This document shows, piece by piece, positions 61,674 to 64,000 of a stretch of 64,000 nt of DNA. The stretch is taken from contig CP158636.1 of NCBI GenBank assembly GCA_050273025.1, forward strand, positions 6,634,001 through 6,698,000. The letters are read 5' to 3'. This DNA is from Cenococcum geophilum. Lineage: Eukaryota. The number at the start of each line of letters is the position of its first letter. Positions within the stretch are counted from its first letter, which is position 1. The translations under genes and the position numbers were made by a program. The notes beneath the pieces were generated by a model. That model saw nothing but the letters and a program-made list of their open reading frames with translations. It was not told where the DNA came from and did no database searches.

Positions 61674-64000
61674 TGTTACAGACGCTTTAAGTACGATGTT
61701 ACGACTACTTGGAGAAGAGACGGAAGAAGCTAGTTGGTTAATTTAAGCACGGTCTAGAATAGAGCCGATAGAGCCATATAACGAGGAATAGTAACTAAGG
61801 TTATATAACATGCTACGTGTTAAATAAGAAGAACGAGAGGAACTTATATACCTTACGTATAAGACGTATATTACGTATAAGAAGAATTTTATAAGAGTAC
61901 GGTTGTGTATTTAAGGACCCTTAGTCCCTACCTAGATAGTTCCTTCCTTATAGTGATTCTTAGAATATAATTAGAGTTAATCTATTAGGCAACCACTCCA
62001 CCAGTTATTATTTCTTATTAACTATTATTACTTGCATTTCCTACACACCTAGCCTAATAATAGGACCTACCGTAGTTCTTGCTACAAGGTTCTATTACAT
62101 AATTACTACCTATTTATAGTATTAAATAATAGTAAGTCGGACAACATGCCACTGAAAGCAGCCACTATAACGCTATTGACGGTAGCAACTACTTTAAGGT
62201 TAGATAACGACACTAGCATAGCAGATACTGACTTATAGCAACCTATAACGGTTAAACAACTACAAGAGATAGTTAACCAGCTAACAGAAAATAACGCGAC
62301 ATTGAAAAATAGGATTAATAGGATAGGCGCAGTAAAGGTTAAGTTACTATCGATTTAAAGATTCTTAGGAGAGAGATTAAAGCTTAAAGGATTCCTTACG
62401 CAAATGCACTTTAAGGTAGCGCAAGAGGGAGCTAAGCTAGTAACACCTATGGATTAAATAGCGTACGCAGAATTGTTCTTAACAGGAAGGGTATTTAAAT
62501 AGTTTAAGCCTTACCTTACAGAAATCTAGGTAAATGGAATGACAACTACGAACTAAGAGGTACGGTTTATATTCTTAAGCTAGAATGGATTTATAGAACG
62601 ACTTATATAAATATTTAGAGACCTAAAGGCAGTAACTACGGCGGAAAGAAAACTCTAAAATATTATATAATAAACCTTAGCAATTAAGTATATAACGCAG
62701 TTCTAGACGTTAGTAATATAAGTAGAGTAGAATAATAGGGCGCTTATAGCACAGTATAAACAAGGACTTAAGGCTAAAGTTTAGAACGTAATTATTCTAA
62801 TAGAAGATGCGGACACCCTAAAGGAACTAATAGATTAAGCGATTAAGATTAATAATCGGATCTACTAAAGGGAACAGACTAAGTAAGGTTAGGATAGAGT
62901 TTTATAGTCGTATAAGGCGTAGAGTATATAATAACTAAAGCTAAGTTAAAAACCATGGTATGGCGTAGAGCTAATAGACCTAAGTAGTACTAAAGAAGCC
63001 TATAAGAGATGGAGTAAGAAACTATAGAAACCCAGAGGATAAGGATTAAGTAATTAAAGGTCTAAGGAGTAGAGGCTAAATTAGGGATCTTAGTAGCAGA
63101 AGATATTTAGGCGGACTCTATAGTAAGAAAAATGGTTTAGAGAAGGAGCTTATATAAATTATAGAAAACAGGGTTATTTTGTAAGGGATTGCAGAGATAG
63201 TTAGAAGTACTATATAATAAAGGGAACTAGACTAACGGCAGACGATATATATATATAGAGGGATAATAATATACTACGAGGAATAAAAGAGTGTTTAATT
63301 AAAAGTTTTACGTTTTGTTATAATAACGTATGCCGAATTTATAAGGATGCTAAGTATAGCGTAAGCTACTAGCTATAGGAGCCAGTACTTATAGGATATA
63401 GAGGAACTAATAAACTAGTTCGCAGATCGGATATTAAGGACGATAACTTTAATATAGGCGAAACATTTCGTAATAATAAGGCAATAAGGGCGGTTTATTA
63501 GGAATACGTAGCCATCGGAGATGTTATACTAAAGGTAGAGGATAATTCCACTATAGAATAGGGAATATTAGTAGGGATTAAGACCCTACTAGATACGATA
63601 TCTATCGCTTCGCGAGATGTAAGAGAAGTAGGACAGCGAACTACTTTGGCACTTGGTAAAGGCAAAAGGCCATAGGCTTAAGATTCTTAAGATAAGATAA
63701 GAGACGATTAAGATTCTTAAAACAAGATAAGAGATGACTAAGATTCTTAAGACGAGATAAGGTAAGCTTAAGAACCTATAATAGACAACAACTAATAGAG
63801 CAGAGCAGCGGCTTAGTTTAAAGATATACGAATAAGCTTAGGACGAAGTTTCCTATAGGTATAAGACTCTTAAGACGAGATAAGTAAGATTTAAGACTCT
63901 TAAGACGAGATAAGAATACTAAGTAAGCCTAGTTAGACTAAGGCTAGAGCTAGGCTTAAGTTAGAAGTAAGCTTAGGATTAAAGAATTTAAGGGGCTAAG
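61674..64000 (+). mobile_element. Gypsy D-family copy D3, 5' part, nested in D2; continues past the right window edge
   Basis: 5' LTR at 61674-62099 (TGTTACA...TTACA). gag starts MPLKAATI at ~62146; knuckle ~63150-63195. Confidence 0.92.

Noticed and set aside
1..64000. Starship captain gene, telomere repeats, rRNA or tRNA genes
   Set aside because: No supporting motif was seen in the window.

Overview
AT-rich fungal (Pezizomycotina-type) repeat block, about 90% transposable elements. It is heavily mutated by repeat-induced point mutation (RIP): TpA excess, CpA/TpG depletion, TAG/TAA stops where CAG/CAA/TGG are expected. No intact host gene, RNA gene or CRISPR array is visible. LTR/TIR pairs and target-site duplications (TSDs) resolve the nesting almost completely (letters are my labels). 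Copia B2 (-, <1-8981) holds Copia A1 (-, 1039-7536). Gypsy chromovirus D1 (+, 9645-45774) holds Copia B1 (11471-19341, with Fot1-like P 13015-14822), a TA-flanked TIR element T (19596-22060), Gypsy G (22130-35155, with Copia A2 23184-29582 and a solo LTR), deleted Copia C (-, 36241-39543) and non-autonomous LTR element E1 (-, 40093-42261). Next come a RIP-destroyed kinase gene cut by Fot1-like Q (46642-48535) and a RIP-destroyed AAA-ATPase gene cut by Tc1-like R. One TIR of R is interrupted by Copia F, which holds a solo LTR, E2, and Gypsy D2 with D3 nested inside it. Most interesting: (1) element T, whose fold-back TIR unit carries a captured intron-containing fragment of a membrane-protein gene between 7-bp direct repeats; (2) short hairpin cassettes shared between the 3' regions of different retrotransposon families, including a Copia/Gypsy pair and one inverted copy; (3) an antisense Cys-rich accessory gene in Gypsy D1. 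Protein motifs marked pre-RIP are manual back-corrections by eye, not database results.
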